A stretch of 64,000 bases of DNA from Utricularia gibba (lineage: Eukaryota; Plantae; Magnoliophyta), in NCBI GenBank assembly GCA_002189035.1, contig NEEC01000025.1:675300-739299 (forward strand), read 5' to 3'. A program made the position numbers and the translations under genes. Below, one piece after another: positions 1-12,520 of this stretch. Positions within the stretch are counted from its first letter, which is position 1. Each line of letters opens with the position of its first letter. The notes under the pieces were generated by a model. The model saw only the letters and a program-made list of their open reading frames with translations. It had not been told where the DNA came from and searched no databases.

Positions 1-1948
1 TTTACGCACTAAACTAGATATGCAAGCATATATGTCAGTCACGTTCAGAATTCCTTTCGAGTACTCTCACTCCACAAACATACAGACAACATCACTGCGT
101 GTGAAGAAACTCAGAAGCCTCTGCCTTTCAGTTCCAAGCCTCGAGTTCCAGTACCTACCAACAGCAATGAGAAAATTAGAGCACTTCAACAAAAACAGTG
201 ACTAAAGTGAATTCTTGGCTGCCTAAAGGCGCACACTGCTTTTAGATCAACATTAAAACGCAATCCATTCTCCACCACAGTCGTCACCAAGGAATTGTTC
301 CCAGCCAAAACCTCAAGCTCCATTGTTCTGTATTCATTGTGAATTGCTTCCACTTTGTTGACAACTGTTTGTACTTTTGGTCTCGTCTTATCAAGAACTA
401 CCTGGTTACAGAGGAAAGATCCGAGAACAGGAAATGAAATCTTGTTTGATAGGATTAGTTAATGCCCCAAGCAGACCTTGGCAATTAGGCTTTTGTATTG
501 AAGAAGATCGTCTCTTAGATTCAGATGAGCGATATGGCCCACCATTTCAAATGCTGAAGGAATGGCCGTGCCATTAGGGAGTAAAGCAGTCAAGATCTGC
601 GCAAAGTGAACCTCTTGAAGGCCAACGGAAGCTGAATGAAAACATATGCCACAATTGCTTCCATCTGAGAAAAGTACCTCACTCAGCTGCCAGTAATCAT
701 AAAAAAGAGTTAATCTGCATCTGACAAGTGCACACCCTGACTTCATAGGCTGGCCATCATTATCATATTCCTTGAAAACCACCTGAGCAGGGTAATTCAA
801 ACACAAGTACCTTTCTTACATATTGTTTTCTGCCTTAGCCTTAATAGGACATCAAGAGGACACAAACTGTACATCCTGACTCACAATAACGCATATAGAG
901 TGCCCATCTGAAGACCCCAAAAGAAATTTCATGCTTCATCTACATAGGATAATCTTCTGAAGTATCATGTCACATGCGGTTTTAGGAATCATTCAGGCAG
1001 TTGATCGTTTGCAAATCATTCAAAAGAGCATAAACACCATAAGAAAACTGCATTCATGGAAAACTGAGATTAAAATCTTAAAGCAAGATGTCGATTGAAA
1101 AAAAAAAAAAAGAAAACCTTGATGGCTTCAGGCAATTCTCCAATGCTTGTATTTGCATACTGCTCACCCAAGAGCAGCAACCTGGTCGAACCTCTCCAGT
1201 TAGACGACCTAACTTCTTCCCCTAACAAACGCTTCATACCTACAGTATCATTCTCTTCATTCACGTCTTCAATAACCTCAATTTCAACTCCATTTCTCCT
1301 GTATCCTCTTGCCACACTGATTTCCCCATCACTACTACTTACCTTGTTCTTCTTCTTTTTCGGTCTAGAAATTTTTGCCAAGTTCCTAAAATGAGCATAC
1401 CCCAGACAATTAAAAGTTTTCGCCAGATCGTCCCTATACAAGATTGAATTCAGAGGCTCCCCGTCGCCCTCCGCTTTGCCATAAACTCTCCTGTTGAAAA
1501 CTGTTAGAGGGTCAGTATGTTCGCCAGTGGAATTAGGCAGGATACTCCTGAATTCTACATCAACGTCATCGCCGGGAACCCTGGCTATGTTCTTGATGCG
1601 AGGCCAGTTAAGTAGGTGGCCACGGAGTCGGTTCTCAATAGTGGAGCATATATCGGCGGGGACTCTAAGGGCGGACAGGTGAAACACTCTAGTGAACGCA
1701 TCTTCGTTGAGGGAAGTGAGAGTTTCGTTACCCAGAACCTGGGATGGTTCCATAGAGGTGGGAGCATGCCCTTTTTGTAAGGATGGACCGTAGTGAAGAG
1801 TGGAAGAGGTAAAAGCGGTGGCCGCCATTCTGCTGACAACGGGTTTAAAGGGGGGTTTCGCTGTGGGCCACGGTGGCGAGCGTAGTCGGCACAACGACGG
1901 AGTGTGAGGGCTGAAGAAGGCGACTTTCGGAAACATCTTGGTGCCCAT
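1..1948 (-). CDS. TRM5: tRNA (guanine(37)-N1)-methyltransferase, TRM5 family; multi-exon, 3' end lies outside the window
   Basis: Spliced translation gives [65 protein letters not shown] and [14 protein letters not shown], typical of plant Trm5. GT-AG introns; exon 1 ends at 1118. Start is ATG 1948 or 1936; the N-terminus looks like an organellar transit peptide. Confidence 0.9.
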
Positions 1949-2150
1949 AGTAAAATCGGCTATTTTAATCTGAGTTATATCACAAGCCCAGCCATCACTA
2001 CAACAGAACCCAGCGGAGTCGTTTTGAATTGTCATTGATTCTTTATATATAAATGAATGCAACTGGATTCCGCCATGGTTGTAGGAAGCTCATTCCGGTA
2101 AGATACAAACTACACAAGGCCACCGGTGGGCTTATTCCGTGACACTATTA

Positions 2151-2418
2151 TAGCATCTACAACGGTTTCACAGAAATCTACGTGTTACTTTCATTTTGTT
2201 TATTAGATTTTCGAAAATCATTGTAGGTATGTAGTTTTGTTTTCGGATTTACATTGAATGGAATTTTCATTTGATATATTAAATTTTCGAAAATGATTTA
2301 TGTTATGAAAATCATTGTAAATAACATGAAAATTTAGTAATTAGATTTCCAAAAATATAGTAAAATTGACATGACATTCCATATTTCAAGATATTTCAGG
2401 AAATTATTGGAGATGCTC
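2151..2418. mobile_element. Tourist-like (PIF/Harbinger) MITE, 268 bp
   Basis: Left end TAGCATCTACAA (2151-2162); right end TTGGAGATGCTC (2407-2418), reverse complement GAGCATCTCCAA, 10/12 match. TTA on both flanks (2148-2150, 2419-2421); AT-rich interior. Confidence 0.75.
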
Positions 2419-2533
2419 TTATATAATAAATTCCTCCATCATACAGTGATTAAAAAATAAATGTGCTTCTTTGTGTGGTGGTTCCTGTATGTGTCGACTG
2501 GAAGTTTCAGCAAACAAGTAGTCAGTTTTCCCG

Positions 2534-3678
2534 CTAGTTGAATCCGCCCTGGTCCATTTCCAAGTGTTGGTTCAAGGAATGTTGGCGCTGAAGCCTCATC
2601 TCCTTGTTGAATTTTCTGATGAAGGCCTCCACTCGTCTGTTGAGTTCATCTTGGCTCAGTGATGGCTCCCTCCTCGGCCTCCCTGCAGGGCCAACCTTGA
2701 CGACATCACTGAGTGCATCGGGCTCGGTGATCTTCTTCTGTGGAACTGAGGAACGGCTGAGTTGCCCCCCTCCTGCTGTTCCCGTGTATCCAGTTTCTTT
2801 AGATGCCTAGTCAGTGGCATTGAGCGTCCCTCCATTATTGTTTTCCATGTCGCCTCCAGTGTGTCTTGCCTCTTTGGTTTCCAGACCCCCACCACCATTC
2901 TGCCCCCTGAGGAGAAGGGATACTTCAACTTCAGAAACTAAAAGCACCTCACAAGCCCACGAAACCTCAGGGAAAATTTTTATAACCAAAACAAAAAAAA
3001 GCATGTAAGATTTCTATGGCAAGTCCAAGCGTGTGGACTAAAACAGAGCATGCCACTAGTTGCGTTACCTTCCGGATTCGACATCAAGTTCTTCCGGCGG
3101 CCCAACCTGGAGGAAACCGACGGCTTCACATTTGTTGAGTAGACGTCGTCTAGCAGTTGTGTATTATTACTCCTCCATGTGGATTTAGAGACCCCGCCCT
3201 CGACCTTCTCCTTGCGGCTTGCGTCGTGTTCCACAGAAGCAAAATCTCCTTCACTAGAATTAATATGCAACGGCGCCGTTCCAATTTTCGACTCACCAAA
3301 GCATTCGATCTCCGGCCCGCTCTTGGAACTCCCGTCGTCGTAAGCCTTAGGATTATCCGAGTCCGAGACGGCGTCAGCATTTGCTCCCCGATAAGCACCA
3401 ACCTGTGCTGCAGCTACTATAAGGGCGTGTGCATCCGAGACTCCCAGTTGTTGCCGGGGACGCGATTCTTCATCCACTGGCGGCTGGAGTTTCGAGCATG
3501 CAAAGATGGTACCGATGAGGCAGTTGATTATGAGGTACAAATACAGTGGACTGAACCAGGAAGCAAATCTTGTGTACACCGAAGGCAGATCTGGAACAGG
3601 TGCCGACAGTTTCAGCACCACCGTGATCAATAAAATACTGGTGGATATCATCAGCACAAGGAACTTGAAGCGCACCAT
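2534..3678 (-). CDS. DUF4408/DUF761 (cotton-fibre-expressed-like) protein, 2 exons (3678-3069, 2906-2534), apparent -1 frameshift near 2765-2770
   Basis: N-terminal [25 protein letters not shown] (DUF4408), middle [24 protein letters not shown], and C-terminal [30 protein letters not shown] (DUF761) in a shifted frame. Exon total is 983 nt, one short of a multiple of 3. Confidence 0.85.
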
Positions 3679-4607
3679 GGTGTGGGAGTCCGCGCGTTTT
3701 TTCTTTTCTTCTCCGTGGGGCTGTGCCTTGAATCGGGAGGCAGACAGAGGAGCTTCGAAGTGGCGATGAGGAGGCTACACATAACGAAGTGCAAAAGTAT
3801 ATGGTGTAGACGGCATCGCATCGGTGTTGTTGGTTGGTGGCAGATTTTAGGCTGCAAAGGGCGGCACGTGGCATGGCGTGAGCACATGAGACTCGGCTGA
3901 GTGAATGAATGGGTTATGGCGGAAAATATGAAAAAAAAAAAAAAGGAATGCGGAGTGGGTTTGATCGGTTGGCATTGAATGGATTCTTTTATGGGCGTAC
4001 AAACCGAAAGGCGCAGAAATTCTTAAACCATCACTGAAGTCTGTGTACAGTGTACCACCACAAAATTTAGCGGTTCGAGCTTCAAGGCAAGGGCGGCATT
4101 AGCCACTGCGGAAGAAAAAGATGAGGGGCCGGCAGGCGGCAACTTGCACCCTTGGCTGGGTCACATTTGGCACCGGCCAGCCAATGGGGAGAGGAAACGT
4201 ACGATCATTTTCATAGCACCAAAGATGGCGAAGATCGTTCCCTTTCATGGCCAAAGCGAGAAATAGATATTCTAGCGGAAGAAAAAGCAAAGGTAAAAGC
4301 ACCACATAACATGTAGAAAAGAAAAGGATCCCTACCAAGTACCAAGTGGAAAGCACACCATCCCCCACCGGAGAGCACAGGTAGTGGCTCATAAAAGAAT
4401 TGGAGAATTGCCTCAACCCATCAAGGTTAATCTTGTACCTTTTGAGACAACACGCGCATTTGGGAATTGGGATTCACTCAAAATGCTTACATCTCAGAGT
4501 AACATAACATTTCTCAAGCGTGTCACCACTAGATATTGCAGTGCCCAAAACCTGTATATGTACAGCCGATGGAATATGGAATGCACTATTGCTTTTTTGT
4601 TGCCGCA

Positions 4608-5929
4608 TCACTCCGCATCCCTGATTTCAGCTTCAATGTCCACAACAGGAGCAGATGGATTCTTTCCTGTACAACCACATGGATTGCCACAATTTTTTAT
4701 GAGAAAAAAAAAAACACACACACACACACACAAAATGGAATCACACCATCCCTTGACAAGGTTTTATGAGAAGCAACCTTTATTCATCCGAGAGGAATAG
4801 CCGTCAAATGCCTGATCAAATCCCAAGTCCTTGATAAACTGATTGCCCTCAACTGACACAACCGGGGAGGGGGGAACCAATAGTTTTTAGTTCAAAGAAA
4901 ACGCCTTTTGGATACCAAGAAGGTGAGCAGTATCCAATTTCACAACAGAGCATTACGAAATGAAGAAGAGAATAAATTCCTCGGATTCTTAGGTGGTTGA
5001 TAGATGTTACGTTACCTGAGAAAGGCTGGCTACAAAACGGGCACAACTGGATATCTTCGTTCAGCATTGATCTGTAAGGTCATCGCCGGAAATTATTACC
5101 AACTGCCTCAAGTAGAGCTTCATAAAACGACTTAGCTGTTCGACTGAGACCTACTTGAACACTTGAAATTCATTTCCACAATTTGGGCACTGCAAAAATA
5201 AATATGTTACTTGATTAGAGGTTTGACAAATACAAAATGGAAGTTGGCATCATCTCTGCAGAGCAACAAAGCAACTTTACATTTCCACGCAGTATATCTC
5301 GGCCTGCCCACCAAAGAAAAGCTCCAATACCAACAATTGGCACTAGGACTGCAAGAAGCTGCAACCAAGGACAATACAGCATATCAAAGTGAGGATTAAA
5401 CTACACGATCATAGCATTGGTTTATTAAATGAACAACCATACCCATGCCAAAGACTCGCACCTAGTGCTAGACCATCTGCACATAAACAACCCCTAAGAT
5501 AACCAAGGAAGGAGGAAGGTGCAGTACCCATATGGAAACAATAGCATCAAGAAGCCATCCCAGTTGCCCTGACATTGAAAGATACGCCAGAAAAACTGCC
5601 AAAGCAAGATTACCCAGAACCCTGGAAGTTTCGCTGCTGATCTTCCCACCACCGCCGCCGCCACCGCCGCCACCGCCGCCACCGCCGCCGGCGTTTCTGA
5701 ATTTCACCACTACAGACCTTCCGTTCTTCATCTGACTCCAATTTCGACCTCTGCAGATTCCAGCGAACGAGAGTTGTCTTGGATAATGGATAAAAATCCT
5801 TCGCGGTGGCAAGCAAGGATCTTTATGCCGCGAAAACGAGCATTTAGGTGAGCGGCGCTTCTCGTTATAACCATAGTCGTTTCCGAAAAGGTATAACGGC
5901 GAGAAATTGACGGAAAGCAACGCTGGCAT
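4608..5929 (-). CDS. Conserved uncharacterised plant protein, probably plastid-targeted, with a hydrophobic segment and a CxxC...CxxC zinc ribbon; 6 exons
   Basis: Spliced translation ...SRVLGNLALAVFLAYLSMSGQLGWLLDAIVSIW|LLAVLVPIVGIGAFLWWAGRDILRGN|CPNCGNEFQVFK|SMLNEDIQLCPFCSQPFS|VEGNQF...|GKNPSAPVVDIEAEIRDAE*, with GT-AG introns. Resembles Arabidopsis At2g44870 as I recall it. Confidence 0.8.
5645..5689 (-). repeat. Coding GGC/GGT repeat encoding 15 consecutive Gly
   Basis: (GGC GGC GGT)n pattern read directly, in frame in exon 1. Confidence 0.95.
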
Positions 5930-7451
5930 GACAAACCCTGCTCAAAAAAAAAAGAAAAAAAGACGAGGAAAATCAAAGCAGATAAGAAAGAGGTGTCTGG
6001 AATCCAGAGTCTCTGAACTATCTAGGACGGGGCAGCGCCACATAAAAAATACATAAATCGCCGAAAACAGAAGATGAGACCGGAGGAGACGAGCCGAGCC
6101 GCAGGGTAACAGAATTTTACAAGGATAAATCATAAAACAGGCTTTTTTTTATTTTCACTGGTAAAAAAAACAGAGATAATAGTAAGGATACAGATTTTTA
6201 GTTTGAATTGTAAGATTCGAGGAATGATCCAGATTGGGTCCAATGTGTGAGAGATTAGGAGGGAAGCCCAGGGGGCAGCCCATCCCCCTTGATGCACATG
6301 TTGTTGGGGGCACCGACATACTGTGACAGCTAATACGTATGTGTGACGTAGGGCCTGGCCAAGGGCCTTTGGTTTTGGAGGTGTAGTAGTACGTGGCAAG
6401 CCCACCCGTTTCGTGAAGATGACTTGATAACTACTGCAACACGAATGCCAAGTGATACTAAAACTGAGTTGGCCCACAGTAAAGTGATTAAGAAATGGGC
6501 GCATTAGTGGCCCCTAATAATGACCATCATTGTCTGTTTTCCAAGCTCCCAACCATGAAACGGAAACATCAAAATTAAAGTCGACAGGTACCCATTCCCA
6601 AAACTGGAAACAAATTAGCGGTATAACGTGAGCCCGGCTAAAGATAAGACTTTTGTGACGACATGGCCCAGATCCCCCAACCAACCAGCCACCAGGTACC
6701 GGACCAACTCGGTCACTCATCGTCTTAGAGAGCTCGGCCGGCACACACAGTCAGCAGGGAGATGGTCCATCAATAACACTCCAGCTTGTGGAAAAGAAGA
6801 GCTCTTTGGTTGACTCCTGGATGCTCTAACCGTTTCCAGCCAAATTCTGTTACATGTCGAATAATGCTGTTTTTTTAAGAAACATGTGCAGGAGTTGTGA
6901 ATTGTATAGATGGATTCCCTGTAATAAATAATTCAAAGAACCCAAGCAGATGATGCCATGGTATTTTTCCCGATAAATCAATTGTTAAAAGAGGGTTTGC
7001 AAGCTGTCATACACCTCGGGGATCGAAATGATTACATGGTTTTACTTCAGCTTGATGCAAATTTCTACGGGGGGCAATCAAATACAAAACAAATTATCGC
7101 TCAAACACAATACTTTATCTGCATCATTACATTACATGGTTTATGCATCATAAGATCCTGGAGGGAGCAGGAAAGAATCTGCTTGCTTCCTATACTTTTT
7201 ACTTTTGTTGTATATGCCTAAATATTTCTCTACACACTCACTCGCACTGTCAGACTGGTATTGTTCATATACAGTATCCGGGCAGAGAGATGAAAATGAT
7301 ACTGAACATATCACAGAATAAGGTGAAAAATGTGGCTCGCCTTACCACCTTACCTGGAATTGATGCTTCTCTTTGACTCAAAAATCTTCCTATCATCAAG
7401 CATAATTCCACCTTGGATGGGTATCGAAGGCTGGCAAATCGGTCTCCGAGA

Positions 7452-8683
7452 TTAAGAGTACCAATTCATGCTGGGATATGGTGGCGGCCGGAACACCCCA
7501 TTATCCTCTAGATTCCCCATTAAAGCCTGTTGTTGTTGTTGTTGTTGTTGTTGCTGCTGCTGCTGCATAGGATTAGTTTGGGGAAGCTGACTGAGAACCA
7601 TGGCTATGCTGTTGGTGGTGTCGTCCGTCCTCCCCAAACTGCTTCCCTCGCAGCAACTGTCCGATAAAAATCTCTTTGTGGGGGAGATTCCGTGGCAGCT
7701 GCAGCTGCTGCTGTTTCTTCGTTCCAATAAAAATTTGACAGCATCCTTTTTCCGTGAAGAAGAATATTAGGGTCTCCAACCCATGGGACCTTGGAGGCAT
7801 CCTCGATTCCTCCATGGTAAAAGTTGGGCTGATTTTCAAGCAACAAGGAGGAGTAGTTTTGTCCCTTTAGTGCCCCTCCTCCGCCCTTGTGTAACTGTAG
7901 TCCCACTCCCATGGTCGTCATGGGGATGGTGGGATGGACAGTACCCATGCCCATTACTTGATTTATGTCAGCATCTCTATCCTGATCGAGCGGCCTTTGA
8001 AGGCTGTTCTTCTTGTAAATTCGACACAAAACCCAATCGTCAAGCTGCAGCAGCACAGCGGACAAGAGTTATATGAGTGAGCGAGTATTTCATTACTATT
8101 TTTGTTGCTGTTACCCACCCTCAAGGAGCCCTTTTTGTTGGTAGCATCACAGCCTGGAGGCTTGGTGTTTGATTTGTTATCTGCAAGCCTGTATTCGTGC
8201 ATGATCCAGTTGGTTTTGATTCCTCTAGGTGGCTTCCCACCGTAGAAAACCAGGGCTTTCTTAACCCCAACTTTTTCGGTCCCCCTGCCGTCATCACCGG
8301 TTTGTCAGTCCCCGTGGCCTTCCAGTACCCAGAGGTGGCTGCCCGATTCGGCCTCGCCCCGTTGGGATATTTTCTGTCCCTAGGGCTGAAGAAATACCAC
8401 TCTTGCTCCCCGAATATAGCCTTTGCTGAAAGGAATAACCAGCCCATCATGGGGATGAACAAATAAGTGGAAAGCTGGAGGGGGGCGAAAAAAAGGTACC
8501 TGGAAGTTCCCAAGGATCGAATTTGTAAAGATCGACTTCGGCGATGATGGCCACAGGGAGAGGAGAGGAGGCAGCCTTCTTTTTGAGGTAGTGAACCACC
8601 AGCTCTTCGTCCGTAGGGTGGAATCGGAAGCCTGGGGGAAGCTGCGGCTGCGGGGTTTCGCCGGAGGAATCCGTGCTCTCCAT
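7452..8683 (-). CDS. NAC transcription factor (NAC056/NAC018/NOR-like group), 3 exons (8683-8500, 8425-8119, 8044-7452), two apparent -1 frameshifts
   Basis: [73 protein letters not shown]; C-terminus LSQLPQT...[15 protein letters not shown]. Confidence 0.88.
7527..7565 (-). repeat. Coding CAG/CAA repeat encoding 13 Gln in the NAC C-terminal region
   Basis: (CAG)4(CAA)8 CAG read directly on the minus strand. Confidence 0.95.
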
Positions 8684-8849
8684 ATCAGTCTCACAGTGGT
8701 TGTGTATTTATTTGGGCGAGAGGAGGAGAAGTTCTGGGACGGGGACTGGGACTGGGAGTGGGAGGGAGCAGAGAGCAATGAAAGGAGGCCGGGGAAGCCA
8801 GGGCTTTATGCGCACAATTTCAGTGACGCTGAGAGAGCCAGTTTAGAGC

Positions 8850-9000
8850 CAATCACGTGTGGAGGCTTGGTGCAGCCGCGAGTGAGGGGATAATTGCCCG
8901 GTAATGAAGCCCGTTGGGAGGTGGAACCTGAAAATTAGGCGAGTAACAGCGTGACGCGTGCCGGTGTATGGAAGCGTGGGCAGAAGGGACACGTGGCATG
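8850..9000. promoter_or_regulatory. G-box/ABRE-type motifs upstream of the NAC gene
   Basis: CCAATCACGTG near 8850-8860 and GACACGTGGC near 8988-8997, within about 320 bp of the ATG at 8683. Motif presence only; function is inferred. Confidence 0.4.
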
Positions 9001-11890
9001 GAGATAAGAGGGGAGGGGACCACACCAACAGCCAGGCCCAAGGCAGGGGAGGCATGATTTGCAACAGAAAATAAAAAATGTCGGGGAGCGGAACGGAACG
9101 GAACGGAAGAAATGAATCTTTGTTTGGATGGTGGCTCCGCTTTCTGCATCTGCATGCAAAGCATCGGATCGCCTCCTCCTCCGCCGATCCTTTTTCTCTG
9201 GATGACGTAGGCATGGGCACCCAGCAGCATTTGTGTTGGGGTACTTGACACACGGCCCCACACGGCTTTCTCACGCAAATAATTGATTAATTAATTCATT
9301 CATTAATTGTATGCTATGTATCTGCTGCTGCTTCTGCTGGTGCCTGGTGCATGTCGATTTAGGGTTTGGGAGCCTCCTCATAATGCGTTCGCTCGCAGTG
9401 GCGGAATGGGAGGTGTTTATAAACAAGTCAAGGCCCCTTTTAATGAGAAATGGGAAGATACCGGACCTAACTTCCCCTTTAAGACCACTCTTTTTTTTTT
9501 TCTTCTTTTTTTATTTCTCTTGCAAAATACGCATGCATCTATTGAGCAAAACAGATATGAATGGAAATAGAAACTCGAGGAGACGTGTACTCAATTTTAT
9601 TTGAAACCCCAACATCCTTTTAATCAACCCCCCGCTCCGCCCCCATATTTGCTGTGTAGAACACCGAGAAGAAGGGGGAAAAAAAAGGGTTTGAGGGCTC
9701 CTCCTGGTATGATATGAGTTGCAGTCCCTGGCCCTGGGTGCATCTTGGAGTGAGGAGGCACAACAAAGAGTGCAATCCCCTCCCATAACTGACTCAGGCT
9801 ACATACATATCGCCTCGGTGCATAGTATACGTGTACGTTCCCTCTACTGCGGGGGTCGATGTCGCTGTTATTTTGCAAAAATGCGTGTTCAAGTAGAGAA
9901 GCAACGTGGAATTCCATTAAACTGGAGCGGTGCGGTTCCCTCGCATAGACAATGTGGGGACTGGGAGGCCATGTCTTCAATGCCCCTCCCCAGCTTCGAT
10001 TTTCTAGAATGAAGGCCTTCATTGGCATCCGTGATTAGGCCTAATAAAACCAACTTCTCCTGGTTATGGCAACCGATGGGGCCCCCTTTTGTATGCCCGA
10101 AACCGGAAAATGGACCGATTAGAGTTTCTTTTCTTTTTCTTTTGGTGAAATCAAAGCTTTGAAAAAGAGGGGGGAGGGCAACAAGGGTGTTGATTGTGTG
10201 TGAGCTGTGGAGTAATTACTGAGATGGGCTGGGGAGAGCATGATCCTTGGAGAGATCATGCTGCATATCCAAATGTGGAAGCATGTTACATCGCCACTCC
10301 GATGGCTAGGCCTGCGCTGCTTTGATCGCCACTGCCAGTCCCAACTGCCAAGACATGTTGGGGCATTCAATCTATCTGTATTATACCACCACCACCATGG
10401 AAATTTTTTCTATGTTATGGAGGAGCAAAGCAAAGCAAAGCGCCAATGGACATGGCACATACATCCACACACACACACTAGAAAACACGTCGTATTCATT
10501 ACCTTCACGCCCACAAAAACTCATCACTGGAGACGGAGTCATATCGAAAGAAAGGATGCATGGCTACTACATACCTACATTCCGCCCGCCCGATTCCCAA
10601 ATAAACCCTTGTTGATTTACAAAGAGCCACCCGCACTTTCCTCTTGTTTGTTAATAATGGGCATGCACGGGGCCCGTGTTGTTGGGCTGAGGCACTGCCA
10701 GATATGGATCACCCCTAGTCCCTCCCTCCCCAACGTGGTGAAATGGGCCAGAGTGCGGCCTCTTTCTTGGCAGATCGGGCAGGACGCATATCTTTCGAAA
10801 ACAGATATACATATATACCATACCCTTGTGGTGAGCCTAAAATACGTAACTGGATTTGGGGGCATCTGGAAGGCCCGGCCCAGCGTGTTGATAGTAGGAC
10901 CGGCCGGGCAGGCGTATTGTTGCGTTGAGAGGATAGGGGGTTTGAAAATTGAAAGTATCCCCTCTCCACTCCAGTCCACAATCATTAAAGAATCTTAGTA
11001 ACGCCATTTAATCACAATTAGTATTCCACATTCAAACCTCCTTAAAACCATCACTTAATATCCCAGGAAGATGAATAAGGGGCTTTCTAGTCTGTGCGAC
11101 TGGGAAAGCCTAAGAAGAGGATCATGGGGGTACCTACCTGCTTTTCTTTTTTCAAGTAAATATCAGTTGACTGCGTTTCATCGTAACCGTATAATGAATG
11201 AATCTCCAGGTAGCCGGCTCCAAAGCTTCCGCATTGAGAATGTGATAGGTCGTCGTCTCAGGCAGCAGTCAGTCAGAACACACAAAATAAAAAAAAAATA
11301 AAAATAAAAAGAAGCCCACACTTTGGCTCCTGCGTTCACGCCGTTTTCTCCATCGAATGAGTCGCTATGGTCCTTGTTACATGAATAAATCTTGAACGCC
11401 CTGAAATATGTCATGCTATTTGGCACGTTGAACTCAATTGGGTAGGCTGAAAAATGTTGTGTTGTTAATAAAAGTCAGCTTTTTATCACAAAAAAAGCAA
11501 ATGGCAAATGAAGGGGCGAGGAAGAAAGTCAGCCTATCCTCCCCCAATCATAACGTCAGCTTGCTTCTTGGTCACTTGTTTGTGCAAGTGTCAACGCCTT
11601 CACTTCTTCGTGCTTCGTGTTTACACTGCAAGTCAAGTCACTCAGTGAGTCGTCGCGTTTCCGTGATCGCAGGGGAAGATCAGTATGAGAATCGAGGCTA
11701 ATGAATTCATACTCCACCCCACTCCTCACTTAGACGTTGATGTGAAAGAATTAATTACCCACCCCACTGGGTGAGAATAAGGTGGAACAGGGGCTTATGA
11801 CCAAAGTGTACCTTCACCTAATTACTGCATGGAATATAAGTACTGAGCATCGTCCTTCGTCCAGAAACTGAAACACCCAGCAGGATCAAA

Positions 11891-12331
11891 ATGGATGCAA
11901 GGAGGATCATGGCAATCGCAATTCTGTCCCTCCTCCTTCTCCTCTTCCTGCGGGTGGCTGAATCATATCAACGGGAAGATGGATATGCCCTTGATTCATT
12001 TTCTTCTCCCGATGTCACCATAAGGAGCAGCTTCTTGGCTTCCACGATCATCAATGGTTCCAAATGCAAACACGGGAAACAAAATATTTGCAACGGGGTT
12101 CCGGCAGACAACGGGAAGAGGCTTATGCTTTGCTGTAAGACTCATTGCCGGGATGTTCTCAGCGACCACCACAACTGTGGCCACTGCGGCCATAAATGCA
12201 AGTCCGGCTACACTTGTTGCGGAGGAGTTTGCAGAAATACCCACCGGGACTCAGGCCACTGTGGCGGATGCTTCTCCAAGTGCACCGACCGAACACAATG
12301 TCAAAACGGGCTTTGTGGATATGGCGAATAA
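11891..12331 (+). CDS. STIG1-family secreted cysteine-rich protein, single exon, 146 aa
   Basis: Signal peptide followed by the STIG1 cysteine pattern CCKTHCRDVLSDHHNCGHCGHKCKSGYTCCGGVC...HCGGCFSKC...CQNGLCGY. Confidence 0.92.
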   Translation: MDARRIMAIAILSLLLLLFLRVAESYQREDGYALDSFSSPDVTIRSSFLASTIINGSKCKHGKQNICNGVPADNGKRLMLCCKTHCRDVLSDHHNCGHCGHKCKSGYTCCGGVCRNTHRDSGHCGGCFSKCTDRTQCQNGLCGYGE

Positions 12332-12520
12332 ACTCGTGTGAACCTCGCTGCTGTAACTTACAAATTCTTTTCTATTCATTTCAACACAAAAATACACCAG
12401 CGCAAGCTGTTTTGTTCACTCTGTCACATCCAAACTCCAAGTGCATATCAATACTTGTATTCTCGCACAAATTGACACGCCTAGTTTTTTCAAAGTAAGA
12501 CTCAAAAAAATGGGAAAAAG

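Noticed and set aside
1095-1394. Antisense or alternative-frame ORFs over real genes, e.g. 1095-1394, 3157-3633, 36045-36449, 53532-53744
   Set aside because: Shadow ORFs of recognisable coding exons, with no family motifs of their own.
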